64,000 bases of DNA from a virus. Each line of letters starts with the position of its first letter. The first letter of the stretch is position 1. Location: positions 14,405 through 78,404 of IMG/VR virus record IMGVR_UViG_3300009605_000020; one strand, written 5' to 3'. The position numbers were made by a program, and so were the translations under genes. This document shows, in pieces, positions 27,273-38,400 of this stretch. A model generated the notes under the pieces. The model ran no database searches. It had not been told where the DNA came from and worked only from the letters and a program-made list of their open reading frames with translations.

Positions 27273-28727
27273 TTATGGATTGAATACTCCCGTATTTTTA
27301 AATACTAAATTAAGATCTAGCTTTTTACCCGTCTTTTTACTTGTAAGGCGAATCTTAAAGTTTTTATTCCATATGGAGTCTACCGCACTTCCTAAAATAT
27401 CCGAAGGAGGGGGAGAATTGGGATCATACTGAATCGCTGTTGAGTTTCGATCATAAGAAGTTTGAGCAAAAGACGGAGCGATATACAAATATTTTCGACC
27501 CTTTTTGGTAAAATGTTCTTTTTTGGGAGATGGAAAAACATAAGGCACTAATGTTAAATAGACCTGACCAGAATTATCTACCATCTCAACTTGAAAAACA
27601 CTAGTGGGGTTTGAAACATGAAGATGATTATCTAACGACCGGAAACAATAATAATATTTTTTATTTGGTACGATGGTATCTAGGTAACTCGTACTACTAG
27701 CAAATCTGTTACCGCTAATATGTTCCACAACATCGGCTATTTTTTTACCCGCAAAGTCGCCATATGAAGAGGGAGGAACTGTGGTCCTAAATATTTCGTA
27801 TCTATAAGCCAAATCGTCGCTGCGGAATTCCAATTTCGTTTTTAGCGCTACCTTCGTTAACTCAGACTCAGACATATCCGATGACTTATTAGTTAAAATC
27901 TGTGCCAAATACTGTTTTTTAATGCCCTCTATATCTTGATCTTCAATTGGTTGTGGAAGCTGCTCTAATCTGCCCGAATTGGCATTTAATAAAATCAATA
28001 TTTTATTATTGATATTTTTATAAGGAATTAGATTAACATCCGGAGGAAGAGGGGGCTTATCTAAAACGATAGTTTGAGTAGTAAAAAATGGCAATTCAAC
28101 AACTTCTGGAAGCGCTCCAACTTCTATATCTAGTGAACCCTCCGCCTGAGTAAACTCTGACGGCTGGGCTCCATGTGGTCCGCTTTTAAACCTTAAGCTA
28201 AACTTGCCAGCGTCTGTCGTGTTCTCGATCGTATACTTAACAGTTATTTCTCTAGCTCTTCGTTCTACTGTGTTGCTGCGGTTCGAGTACACTGAGAATG
28301 CATCAACCATTGATTGCCGAAGTGACTCCGGGTGTGTTAGGAGAGCTGTAATTTCATATTGTCTATTGCCAATATGCCTCTCAGCGTGCCAGTCAAATCT
28401 ACATTGTATCCGATCAACAAAGTCCTGCACCGAAAGAACTTCATTCTCCACGAAATCAAGGGGGATACTGATTCGATTAACGGCCGCCGCGAGTGTTCCT
28501 TCGGCGGCCGTGCCAATCTGACCAATGTTTGTCGACAGGCCGACGGCGGTACCGTCGCTGGACGGATTCTCGGAAACGACCGCCTCAAGAGAACTATATT
28601 CGTTTATATCAAGCCACCAATTAAGACTTACCCCGGATGGCGCCATATCGTGACACTCTCCTGTAGATGCGAGATGACGATCGATGGAGGCGGCCAGATC
28701 GATGTCCGAGATGACGTTGGCAGGCAT
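27273..28727 (-). CDS. Putative baseplate protein with Fn3-like segment (484 aa)
   Basis: PPLPPDV...YEIFR...YLDTIVPNKKYYYCFRSLD...SNPT. Confidence 0.55.
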   Translation of the reverse strand: MPANVISDIDLAASIDRHLASTGECHDMAPSGVSLNWWLDINEYSSLEAVVSENPSSDGTAVGLSTNIGQIGTAAEGTLAAAVNRISIPLDFVENEVLSVQDFVDRIQCRFDWHAERHIGNRQYEITALLTHPESLRQSMVDAFSVYSNRSNTVERRAREITVKYTIENTTDAGKFSLRFKSGPHGAQPSEFTQAEGSLDIEVGALPEVVELPFFTTQTIVLDKPPLPPDVNLIPYKNINNKILILLNANSGRLEQLPQPIEDQDIEGIKKQYLAQILTNKSSDMSESELTKVALKTKLEFRSDDLAYRYEIFRTTVPPSSYGDFAGKKIADVVEHISGNRFASSTSYLDTIVPNKKYYYCFRSLDNHLHVSNPTSVFQVEMVDNSGQVYLTLVPYVFPSPKKEHFTKKGRKYLYIAPSFAQTSYDRNSTAIQYDPNSPPPSDILGSAVDSIWNKNFKIRLTSKKTGKKLDLNLVFKNTGVFNP

Positions 28728-28742
28728 ATTACTTTTTCTCCA

Positions 28743-31595
28743 TTATAAGGGGCTGCGCCCTATGGTCAATGTCGTTACTAAACTATCTTCGCCCTCTTCT
28801 CCTGCCTCGTCTAATACCGTATGCATGATTGTCTCCGCGAGGCCGGGCGCGGGCGAGGCCGGGCGACCTGGGAGAACTTTCTCTCTAATTCTCCACGTGG
28901 CAAGCGGGCCGGCGGGACAATCGTATATGGCTCTATAGTGCGCGAGGTCGAAGTCGGTATTTCCAGCGCCGGAGGCTTGCCACATCTCAAAATGCCTATC
29001 TGTGCAAGGAGAAATAGGAGCTGATGGAAGGCCCGGAGTGCCCCCCGGGATCCCGCCTACGAATGGTGATGGTTGAGTTACCGCTCCTCCCTCTGCATTA
29101 TTCATTATACCATGACCCGGAAGTAATTTAATTTTAACTACATCGGTTCTCTGATTATCGATAACATCTTCTACATCGTCAATTGTCATGGCACCAGCAT
29201 TTGCAGACGCAAATCCAAGCAATGTAGAATTGTGCACAAAATAGCCACTAACCTTATTTTTGATCGCAGTATCATTTCGTTCCCAAGTATACGTATCAAA
29301 TGCTTTTTCGTCCCATTCATCTGGAGAGGTTAAACTCAAGGAAGTTTCTTTGTACATTCCTAATGCGTTTCCTACCGCTTTACCATTTCCAGTAAGAGCA
29401 TTGCCTATATTGATATTATTATAGAAATACTGCGATCCTTGAACTAGTCTAATCTGTTTAACATCGTATTGATACAGAGTGTTATACTTTACCTGAGAAT
29501 CTATGTATTTAAGTGTTCCAGCTGGAAACGGATTTTCTGAGCCGGGAACTGCAAGATAAAAAATCTGCACCGGATCTATATCATATCCGCCTGATTCATT
29601 TATCGGAATTGACGTGCCAGAAGGAACAACTCGTTTTTCTATTTTATACAGTAGCGTTTCTGAATACGCATCCCTAAGTTTAAGAAGCTCTTCAAAGTCT
29701 CTCATGAAACTTTGGATATTTTCATCATACGTGGCCTTCCAATTCTGCAGTCTTACCAACGCGAGGATTGGATAAAACGGAGAATCGCCTGAAGGCATCG
29801 GAAGACCAGCAACAACTTGGGCAGGCTCGATAACTACACCATTCTGGATGCGAGCAGGGAATCGTTGTGTAAGGTTTTTAGGATCTATTAAATTTAGGCC
29901 TGCCGCGGTAGTCGGATTAGCAAGGAAACTAGTGGTGGTGGTACCCGGTACGGCGGCGCCCACAATAAAAGCATTGTCCGGATTTTGATAGTGATTTATC
30001 ATTCCAATCTGTGAGTTTTGAAGTGCGGTGCGTAACTGGTCCAGAAGGCTTTCTAAATTCATAAACCATTTAATGGTGCCGTTTGGCAAAGTAAGACGTT
30101 TCGTTTCCAAAGAATTGGTTAATGACTGGTCTATAATTTCGCCGGGAAGGGCCGAGGGAGATTGCGTAGCTACCTGTTGTCTTTCAAAAGTCTGGATAGT
30201 ATGCCGTTCGGAGGGAGCAAGACCGGTATCTCGACTAATAATAATATTCATCACTAAGTCATATAGACCAGAATCTTTTAACATTTTAACAAACGTTGTA
30301 TTTTGATCAGTTCGCGGAAGGGCCGGCATCCACATGGCAGTTTGTCGACCCTCCTCATCTACCGGACCCATTGTAATCTGTCCCGGCTCGGAGGGTCCAG
30401 GCATTGTACGAGTTATATCGTTGTCAGAACGATGATCAATTCGAATTTCAACAAACATGGGGACATCACGAATTGTAGCATCATAGTCATCTAGTATAGA
30501 TAAATTACTAGAATTAACCTCTACATGGGAATATAATTGGATCGATTTATCCATCATGAAATCATAGCTGACGATGCCTTGAGGATTCTTAAGCCTTTGA
30601 GCCTCTTCGGTCCAAAGTTGATAATAAGATTTTTTGGTTGCTTGAGATACTATATTATCCCAAGGTATAAAATCATTTAAAGTAATCTGGCTTCGATAAG
30701 CGCCTCGGGGAGCATCAAGGCCGCCGTTGACCAATAAATTATTAAAGGCGTTATGTACTAAATAAAAGTTGGGAAGGGCCGCCTCTGGCATGTCTTCTAT
30801 AATACTTTCATATTTGGCATTGTTATTGAGATAAAAATTATACGCTGGAGTAAGAGAAATCAATTCTGAACTAATGTCAGAGGCGCTTTGAGATGGCAAT
30901 TTTATTGTTGTGGATCTGTTGTAATACTTTGCTCCAGGGATGAAGGACCCACCCTCTAATAGCCCGGGCGGAGGCGATGCGGACGAGTACGTGACGCTGC
31001 TGGCACCCCGACCTGAGCGGGCCCTTGTTAGAAGAGCGGCAGCCTCCGGAGATCGAGAGTGGTGCTGTGCCTCCATTAGTCTGTCTCCTTTTTTAAACCC
31101 AGTTACCATATATTTCTCAAAATAAGGTACGCCCGAAAGAGTTCTGTCCAAGAGAGAGCCGACGGCGAGCGGACCATTAAAACCAGCTAAATACTCATTC
31201 CAGATTAATCGATTATAGCTGACAAGGTACTTGCTCGCTATTCCCTTGTTAAAATAAACCGCGTGGATAGCCCAGCGAGGAACAAGGTTAATAACATTTC
31301 CTATATCGCCTCCGGATATATTAAAGGTCAGGCCGGCGGCTGCAGCACCGGCCGGCATTCTTAGAGTTCTACTACGAACTCCGCCCTGGACCACGGGAGA
31401 TCTTTCTAAGTGCGCACCTAAAAGATAATAATTACCCATAGATCCTATTAATTTATCATCCGTTCCCCAGTCACTTTTTATGAAAGGGTGTTTAAACCCT
31501 GTTGTTATAATATCGGACCAACTTAAGCCCACCAAGCCGGGCTCCGCTATCATCAAAGTATCGGGAAGAATAGATAAACTAAAGAACTGACTCAT
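28743..31595 (-). CDS. Putative baseplate protein (950 aa)
   Basis: Long ORF in the baseplate operon; SETLLYKIEK...YIDSQVKYNTLYQYDV Fn3-like strand pattern. Confidence 0.55.
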   Translation of the reverse strand: MSQFFSLSILPDTLMIAEPGLVGLSWSDIITTGFKHPFIKSDWGTDDKLIGSMGNYYLLGAHLERSPVVQGGVRSRTLRMPAGAAAAGLTFNISGGDIGNVINLVPRWAIHAVYFNKGIASKYLVSYNRLIWNEYLAGFNGPLAVGSLLDRTLSGVPYFEKYMVTGFKKGDRLMEAQHHSRSPEAAALLTRARSGRGASSVTYSSASPPPGLLEGGSFIPGAKYYNRSTTIKLPSQSASDISSELISLTPAYNFYLNNNAKYESIIEDMPEAALPNFYLVHNAFNNLLVNGGLDAPRGAYRSQITLNDFIPWDNIVSQATKKSYYQLWTEEAQRLKNPQGIVSYDFMMDKSIQLYSHVEVNSSNLSILDDYDATIRDVPMFVEIRIDHRSDNDITRTMPGPSEPGQITMGPVDEEGRQTAMWMPALPRTDQNTTFVKMLKDSGLYDLVMNIIISRDTGLAPSERHTIQTFERQQVATQSPSALPGEIIDQSLTNSLETKRLTLPNGTIKWFMNLESLLDQLRTALQNSQIGMINHYQNPDNAFIVGAAVPGTTTTSFLANPTTAAGLNLIDPKNLTQRFPARIQNGVVIEPAQVVAGLPMPSGDSPFYPILALVRLQNWKATYDENIQSFMRDFEELLKLRDAYSETLLYKIEKRVVPSGTSIPINESGGYDIDPVQIFYLAVPGSENPFPAGTLKYIDSQVKYNTLYQYDVKQIRLVQGSQYFYNNINIGNALTGNGKAVGNALGMYKETSLSLTSPDEWDEKAFDTYTWERNDTAIKNKVSGYFVHNSTLLGFASANAGAMTIDDVEDVIDNQRTDVVKIKLLPGHGIMNNAEGGAVTQPSPFVGGIPGGTPGLPSAPISPCTDRHFEMWQASGAGNTDFDLAHYRAIYDCPAGPLATWRIREKVLPGRPASPAPGLAETIMHTVLDEAGEEGEDSLVTTLTIGRSPL

Positions 31596-31597
31596 GT

Positions 31598-34501
31598 TTA
31601 ATACCCACCTCCGTTACTGGTACCGCCGTTGCCCTTTTTTATCATTTCCTTTTTTATCATTCCCGTAGAATATAAATATCGACGCGGTAGCTTGCCGGCC
31701 GTCTTAGCAATCGTTGGCTGTGACATCTTATTTTCTAGACGCTTAGCGCGCGCTTCAATGTTAGATTTTTTCTTAGCATTCGATCTGGAAGTAACTGTGG
31801 TGGAAATAGTAGGAGTTCCTATCATAAAATATTTATTAATAATGGGCAAAGCCTCTTCGTAAACATTTTCTTGTTCTAAAATAGAGGGAGTACGGCTCAT
31901 ACGGCAGAACAAAAATTTACTTTTACTTGCTGACTTAAATGTTTTCTCGTTTAAGAGGGCCCATATGGGAGAACAAACATAAGTGGCACCGTCTATCACC
32001 TTATATCCGGCCAGGTATTCACACGCTACAATCGAATTGTAATTAAGATTGATATCGAAAGAATTCTGAGTTTCTATTAGTGTGGGTTCGTTACGCAATT
32101 TCTGCATTGCATACGCAGATCGGCCGAGGCCTGGGCGCGTAAGGCTCGGCAGGGTGAATTTTTGGCTCACCTCATCTAACAACGATAATGCCAAATTAGA
32201 ATTCATAATATTTTCTTCTGGGTTCTTGGTGCCTTTAAAATTAATTTCGTTGCTGGGGTCACTCGGATTGGGGGGCTCTTCCTTGGCTCTAGGGAATTTT
32301 GATCCGTCACCCAATACTTTCCCGGAATCGACTGTTAGTGTTTTAATAATTTTTTCATTACCAAACCCAGAAATTCCCCCCTTAAGAGGTGCTATGGTAA
32401 TACCGTGAAACCCCAGTAGGCTTTGTTTTTGAGAGGCAATTGCTGAGGGGCTAACAGATCTCACACCCATTTCTTTTCTGCATGGATTTGCTTTACCATT
32501 TAAAATGATTAATGAGTCGTCAAATTTCATCCCGGGATTTACCTTAATATTTTTATTAGGAGTTTTGATTGTAAGGGGTGATAAAAATGCCGTAGATGTA
32601 ACAGTAGAGGAGGGCGTATTGGTAACGGCGCCATATCGAGATGCCTCTGTCTTTATTCTACTATTCCAGTCCTTGAAACTTAAAGTATAGAAATCTGGTG
32701 AATTTTTTGAAGAGAATAAATAAGACAGCCCCTGATTCATTGTGTCGCGGGCATTATGTGTGTCAGAAAAATTATGTCTCATCTCTAACAATCCTTGATT
32801 TTCATCGGTACTGTCTATTGTAGATCTAAAACTCTGAGCCATTCCGGTATTTCCTACAGGAGTTTTGTTAATTATAAAAGAAACTTTACTAATGAGATCT
32901 CGGGCCATTTTTCTGACTTGATACAAACTTTTAGTGGTCGCCGTTTCAGGGTCAGTCATATTAAGAAGATTTCTTTGCCATTCGGCACTTTTTTGGCTAA
33001 TAAAAGGAGCAGAGCCAAATATTAGTCGCACAGCGACCATATATTTATTAACTAAATCGCTCCACGCGGTCGATTCTGCCTTAATTTGTTCTACGTGCTT
33101 TGGGTTAAATCTGTCTCTAACGTAGTCGTAAGCTTTTGGATTGTTAAGAAGATTCAGGAATATGTCATATTGGTGAGTCGCTTCATCCAAAAAAGAAATT
33201 ACATTTTTTAATTTTATAGCCGTATTGTCGGCAAATCTTATGTGAACTCCGTACTGATAAAGGCCGTCCGTAATCGTTTTCATGCCCGGATCAGAGGTTA
33301 CAAAATGAACTACATGTGAGTTAACTCCGTATTCTAAAATACTAACAGTGCCTTGAGTAAGGGATCCGATAATTACTTCTTCGGCATTTTGTTCTATCGG
33401 CCTATTAAATATTTGTCCTCCGGTTAATCTATTTCCAAGAGGAGGCTGCAGCACGCGCTTGCGATAAATTACTATATCATTTAATGTAATCGCAGATTTT
33501 AATTCCTCGGTAGAGTGATATAGCTGTGGAAACTTGGTTAGGTTTCGAACGGCCTCTATAATATTGAATCCTATCATCAAATTAATAGAGCTATCGCTTT
33601 GGCTAAGATAAAGAGGAGAAAAATAACTTAGATTGTGAATAGTTCTAGTAGCTTCTAAGAATTTTTCCGCTTGTATACTAATGGTCTCCGGAGAGACACC
33701 CGAAAAGTTGGAAGGGTCTAAGGCAGCTAAACTTTTTAGGAATCTCATATCAACAATCTTTTTATTAGCTACCACTTCGGCCATAAGCTTGGGACTTAGC
33801 GCATCTGTTGAATTGGCAGACCCCACAAATCCTTCCTCCGGATGATAAGAAACTGGACCGATCCAGGCTTCACCAACGCTCCCCACAACACTATCTTCAG
33901 CTAATTTAAAAGCAAAGCTGCTTGCTGGAGTTTTTCCATTCGAAATTATATTTTCTATACAAATTTCCCCACAAACCGGTATTGTTTCGGGCGACATTCC
34001 ACTTTTAGAACTGTCGTTAATATCTGCTAGATAGGGCACTGCCAAACAACAAAGATAGCTGGGCGTTTCTTTCAAAAAGGCTGTCACTTTATAAGATAAT
34101 CCTTCTGAGGAAAATCCCGTTTCCGTGTTTAAGACCTCTATGCTGCCCTCGCTCAATGAATCGAGGGGGGATATCGCTGAGTTTTCTAGACCAAAAAACA
34201 ACTTAGTAAGCCCTTTTTTATTTTTTTCATTAACGATTTCTCGGACCAGTCTTTTCTTTGAGGATGAGAGGGCAGATACTATCATTTTATTTCTAACAAG
34301 GCATAACAATATTCTAAGACGTCCTTTAATACCATCATCCAAATACCATGGTGTTTCGACTTGCTCTTTCTCCAACGAGAGATCGATACTAAGCTTCATC
34401 TGGGGATTTTCAAGCGCCTCTGTAGTAGGTTCAAGCAACACCTTGTCTACAAAAATCCGAGGGAGGGGTTGATTTAATGATTTATTATTTATTTTTAGCA
34501 T
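31598..34501 (-). CDS. Putative baseplate/tail structural protein (~967 aa)
   Basis: Long ORF; ATG overlaps the upstream TGA at 34501; GLYQYGVHIRFAD strand; no catalytic motif. Confidence 0.55.
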   Translation of the reverse strand: MLKINNKSLNQPLPRIFVDKVLLEPTTEALENPQMKLSIDLSLEKEQVETPWYLDDGIKGRLRILLCLVRNKMIVSALSSSKKRLVREIVNEKNKKGLTKLFFGLENSAISPLDSLSEGSIEVLNTETGFSSEGLSYKVTAFLKETPSYLCCLAVPYLADINDSSKSGMSPETIPVCGEICIENIISNGKTPASSFAFKLAEDSVVGSVGEAWIGPVSYHPEEGFVGSANSTDALSPKLMAEVVANKKIVDMRFLKSLAALDPSNFSGVSPETISIQAEKFLEATRTIHNLSYFSPLYLSQSDSSINLMIGFNIIEAVRNLTKFPQLYHSTEELKSAITLNDIVIYRKRVLQPPLGNRLTGGQIFNRPIEQNAEEVIIGSLTQGTVSILEYGVNSHVVHFVTSDPGMKTITDGLYQYGVHIRFADNTAIKLKNVISFLDEATHQYDIFLNLLNNPKAYDYVRDRFNPKHVEQIKAESTAWSDLVNKYMVAVRLIFGSAPFISQKSAEWQRNLLNMTDPETATTKSLYQVRKMARDLISKVSFIINKTPVGNTGMAQSFRSTIDSTDENQGLLEMRHNFSDTHNARDTMNQGLSYLFSSKNSPDFYTLSFKDWNSRIKTEASRYGAVTNTPSSTVTSTAFLSPLTIKTPNKNIKVNPGMKFDDSLIILNGKANPCRKEMGVRSVSPSAIASQKQSLLGFHGITIAPLKGGISGFGNEKIIKTLTVDSGKVLGDGSKFPRAKEEPPNPSDPSNEINFKGTKNPEENIMNSNLALSLLDEVSQKFTLPSLTRPGLGRSAYAMQKLRNEPTLIETQNSFDINLNYNSIVACEYLAGYKVIDGATYVCSPIWALLNEKTFKSASKSKFLFCRMSRTPSILEQENVYEEALPIINKYFMIGTPTISTTVTSRSNAKKKSNIEARAKRLENKMSQPTIAKTAGKLPRRYLYSTGMIKKEMIKKGNGGTSNGGGY

Positions 34502-35478
34502 CAACAACACTCCTCATCGTCGGTAGTATACAGATCCTTGTTTAGCCGAAGGCGACCGGCGCCTGGACGAACCGCATCTTTAATATTTAGTTCATTGATT
34601 GCATTTGATGGCAATTCGTCGTCAACTAATATATCCATGTAATATTCCACATTCGGTGTGGTAGTGGCCTGTATTACGGATCGAGGAAGCATATCCGAAC
34701 TTGGATCTATAAAAGACATTTGAATATTTTCTGGGACGATGGAACCGGAGGAAGCGGGACCGGTCGAAGCAGAAACAAAAAACACCTCTATATCAAAATT
34801 TTCTTTAAGAAATTCACTATTTTCCTCCAACACGTCCAAAACTAAATATTTCCTATCTACAGCCAAATAGGTAGAGTCTGTTATATAGTTCGTTATGGAG
34901 TTGGCGCCAATTGGGCCTTTCTGGAAAAAAGATTTATAATCTACTTCAATGTTGAGTTGCGGTATTCTTTGTACCACGCGGCTATTGTCTGTTGGAATCG
35001 TCCCAGCGAAAGGATCCATAGAAATTCTAGAGCCACTAATTATAGTATTTTCATTAAGGGGAATGATTGTCCAGCTAGGAGCTTTAGAAGAGTCCAAACT
35101 ACTATTGCCGAGAGGAGTACTCAGAAGATCCATTTTATCTTTAAATGGTTGTTGATTCTGGAAGGCGAATGCAACCTCTGGATTTTCTCCGGAGAGCTGT
35201 CCTATTTCGTTCGTAACATTACTTATAAAAGTATTTACTCGCGATTCGACGCTGCTTAATGTTGAAATTGTGTGTAACGAAGGAGTCTCATTTTGAATCC
35301 TTCCCTCGGCTTTATTTTGATACTCCGTAAAGCCTCCATACTCTGAATCATATAGAATATCATCATCATAAAAAGCATAGAACGAGGGCTTAAATAGCCC
35401 CAGAGATAAAAGATATTTACCGTATTGAGTTAATTGAATCTCAATAACGTCTTCTTTTTTATTAAAAAATGCTACCAT
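34501..35478 (-). CDS. Baseplate protein (325 aa), N-terminus related to 26253..27227
   Basis: EIQLTQYGKYLL...FYAFYDDDILYD versus DAVLTDTGRMRL...FALGDDEINY. Confidence 0.6.
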   Translation of the reverse strand: MVAFFNKKEDVIEIQLTQYGKYLLSLGLFKPSFYAFYDDDILYDSEYGGFTEYQNKAEGRIQNETPSLHTISTLSSVESRVNTFISNVTNEIGQLSGENPEVAFAFQNQQPFKDKMDLLSTPLGNSSLDSSKAPSWTIIPLNENTIISGSRISMDPFAGTIPTDNSRVVQRIPQLNIEVDYKSFFQKGPIGANSITNYITDSTYLAVDRKYLVLDVLEENSEFLKENFDIEVFFVSASTGPASSGSIVPENIQMSFIDPSSDMLPRSVIQATTTPNVEYYMDILVDDELPSNAINELNIKDAVRPGAGRLRLNKDLYTTDDEECC

Positions 35479-35484
35479 GGTCTG

Positions 35485-38400
35485 TTAAATTTTCCTCTTT
35501 TTAGTCATCATTTGTAATATCCTTTGTACACTTCTCAAAGCTCCGGACGACGACATCGAGCGAGACGGAGACATCCACAGTGGCAAGGAAGGTGCGCGCA
35601 TAGATGGCGGCTCCTTCGAAGGGAGAGACCCGTACGGTTGGCCGAGAATATTCAGCGGAGGAGTTCCTGAGCCCAGAGATGGTGGGAAGAGGAGATCCTG
35701 GCCTAGGTTTGGATCGAGCATCATTTGAGCAGCTGTTTCAGGACTATATTGGACCGTCGTATCTATCTTAACCAACTCAACTAATGAGAAATAATCATAA
35801 GGCCAGTTATAAGAATATTTAGACTCAATGTTGGGCGGTATAGTCGCTAAATCCGTAGTTAAGTTCTTCTTGACAAACACGTTATAATCTTTCTCAGCCC
35901 TCTTCTTAACCTTAAATACCAACCACCGAAGAGTTGTTTCTGGATTATACATCTCGTCTATTAAGTTTTTTTCTCTAATAAATAGGGGGTCTGGCTTTTG
36001 GAACTGAGTTCCTATGTTCGGAGGCAGGTTTTGCCAAATATCTGCGAGATCTTGTCGACTTATTGAAACACTGAACTCGAAAGCGTAGAATAGTATTTTT
36101 TCAGGAGAAATAGTAGTTGGCGAACCTCCAGCACCAATGCTTAATGGGTCAAGCTGGGCAGTCATAGTCGGGCCTCCAGTGGAGTTAACGGGACTTAGCG
36201 GATTAAGACGGGTAGTCATAGTCGGGCCTCCAGTGGAGTTAACGGGACTTAGCGGATTAAGCTCGGTAGTCATAGTCGGACCGGTGGACGCCGGGTTCGT
36301 TACAAAATCAAATTTTGGAGGCAATATATATCGTCTTAGTATGTCCACACAACGAAGATAGGAGGCCTGCCCTGGGCCGTGCATGTCTTCCGTTAATTTA
36401 AAGAAACTGCGGCGTGTGCCAAATTGGTTAACCGTAAACGGGACTACTATTATTGCTTCTGCAAGAGTTTGTTGTCTCCTTAGATTTCCTACGGGTTTGG
36501 GAGAGCCGGTGTTAAACTTAACAACGCTAGCCAAGGAGTTAATGTTGTCTTCTTCTAAAACCCCATGTGTTGGAGAATTAATGTACGACGGAGTATCAAC
36601 TGAAAGTTCTATTGTTTCTCCGCCCGCGGGAATATCACCATATTGGTGCCACATTCCTTTAGAAATAATCTTCTTAGATAAAGTGTCAGTGGTGGGGGCC
36701 AACGGATGAGGGTAGCCCGGAACAAGACTATTCGGAGGGAGAGTAATCGATGCCGAAGCGGCCGAACCGCTAACCGTATACTTAGAAAAATTCAAAACCG
36801 GTGTTTCAAATTTACTTTGAATTAACCAACGATCCTGATTAGAGTCTGTATCCGGCGGAACAGATATGAGAGTTTCTGCCAGATTTACATTTTGATCAAT
36901 GTGTTGCTGCCAAACTGAGCCGGCCGAGGGGCCGTGAACTCCCCATGCCTCGATGGAGAGGGGGTCAGCCGTGTTATTAGAGCGCGCATACATAAACTCT
37001 GATGTTGCTAAAATATCAGAAAGAGCTGGCTTGCCGCTATATTGAGCTTTAAATAGTATTGTAGCTCGACCATGGCCATCATAGTAACTGGGAGTAAGAG
37101 GATCAAAATTGGCCTCCCAGGCACACGCCGAGCCGGGCGAGATGCAATTGAAGGCGCCGGCGTACGCATTTCCTGCAAAAGGTGGCCCAAAAGCAGATGC
37201 TCTCTCATACATCTCAAATTTAGATCTATCCGGAATTGTAACTAATTGACCCGAGCCTGTGGTATCTCCCCCCGGATTAATAATGGGCCGACGCAAGTCA
37301 ACCGTCATAGCATAATAAGAACCCGATGTAACAGAAGCAAATTCATCTTCGCGCGCCGACACAAAATTAGCCATATGACCGAAGGTGTCATCTTGAAAGA
37401 AATTAAGAGTCTCGCATAAGAAATTGTCAATTGCTAATTCATAAAGTGAGGATCCCATTCCATTCCAGCCGACCCGGTATTTGTACTTCGTTGGGTCCTG
37501 ATCCTGGCGGAAACTAGCAGAGGGTGGTAAACCATTATCATAGATATAAGCCCCCGAAATTGAATTTACTCCAAAATAGGCTGATGGTTTAATCATAGCT
37601 TCGAATGGAATACGCTGGAACCCATAGCCTCCTTGAGCATCTAAATAATTAACATACCATCCCCCGGGGGTTGCGGGTGGCCACCAGGAAGCCGGAGGGG
37701 TGAAGTTATTCTGATTCAGTTGAGGATTAAGGCTGCTGCTGTAGCGAACACCAAAATTAATTGTTCCCTCGGGTAAAGTTGTCCATACCGTCGAAGTTGC
37801 AATTTTAGTGCCTGCCAAATCGGAGGGGCCGCCGGAGCCGGCGTTGATGTCCAGAATCGATTCTCCTTTAGGCACGAGCCCAATATCCCATTTTGGAGTT
37901 GATGAGGTATTAAATATAACAAAACTACTAACTGCAATGCCCGACTTAATGGTGTTAAATAATATTCCCGGAGCAAATAATGGTTCTAACAAGGGACGCA
38001 TGGCACCCCTTGTCTCCGGACCCGCGGTAGTGTGCTGCCAGCCGGTGACGGAAGAGGAAAACGATGATTCCACATGTGGAAAATAAGAAGAAGAAAATAG
38101 CCCCGTCAAAGCCGCGGCTCGTTCTGCAGGATAAAATCCTTTGTATGGTAGAAATTTAATATAAGCAGAACATCCTAGTTGTATTTCCTTCCTCTTGAGT
38201 CTCATTCCTTCATTAATGTTTTTATTGTTTAGGTCGTCATCGATAACTTTAAAATATTTCAAGAAGTCTGTGTGACCATAGACACTATAAAAATTATTTT
38301 GAGAGCTGTTGGCTATGATATCGGTCTGCGTACCGGGGACCACGCCTCCCTCGCCTTCGGGCACCTCTCCACCAGTTAAATCGAACAACCCGGTTGTTTC

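Noticed and set aside
35485-35720. Frameshift in the odd Pro/Ser/Met-rich C-terminus of the 3767-aa protein
   Set aside because: The frame stays open to 6 nt before the next gene and contains its SD; cannot be supported without homologs.
36161-36288. Repeat as a CRISPR array or DGR template/variable pair
   Set aside because: Contiguous in-frame units with no spacers; no cas or reverse transcriptase gene in the window; differences are not adenine-specific.
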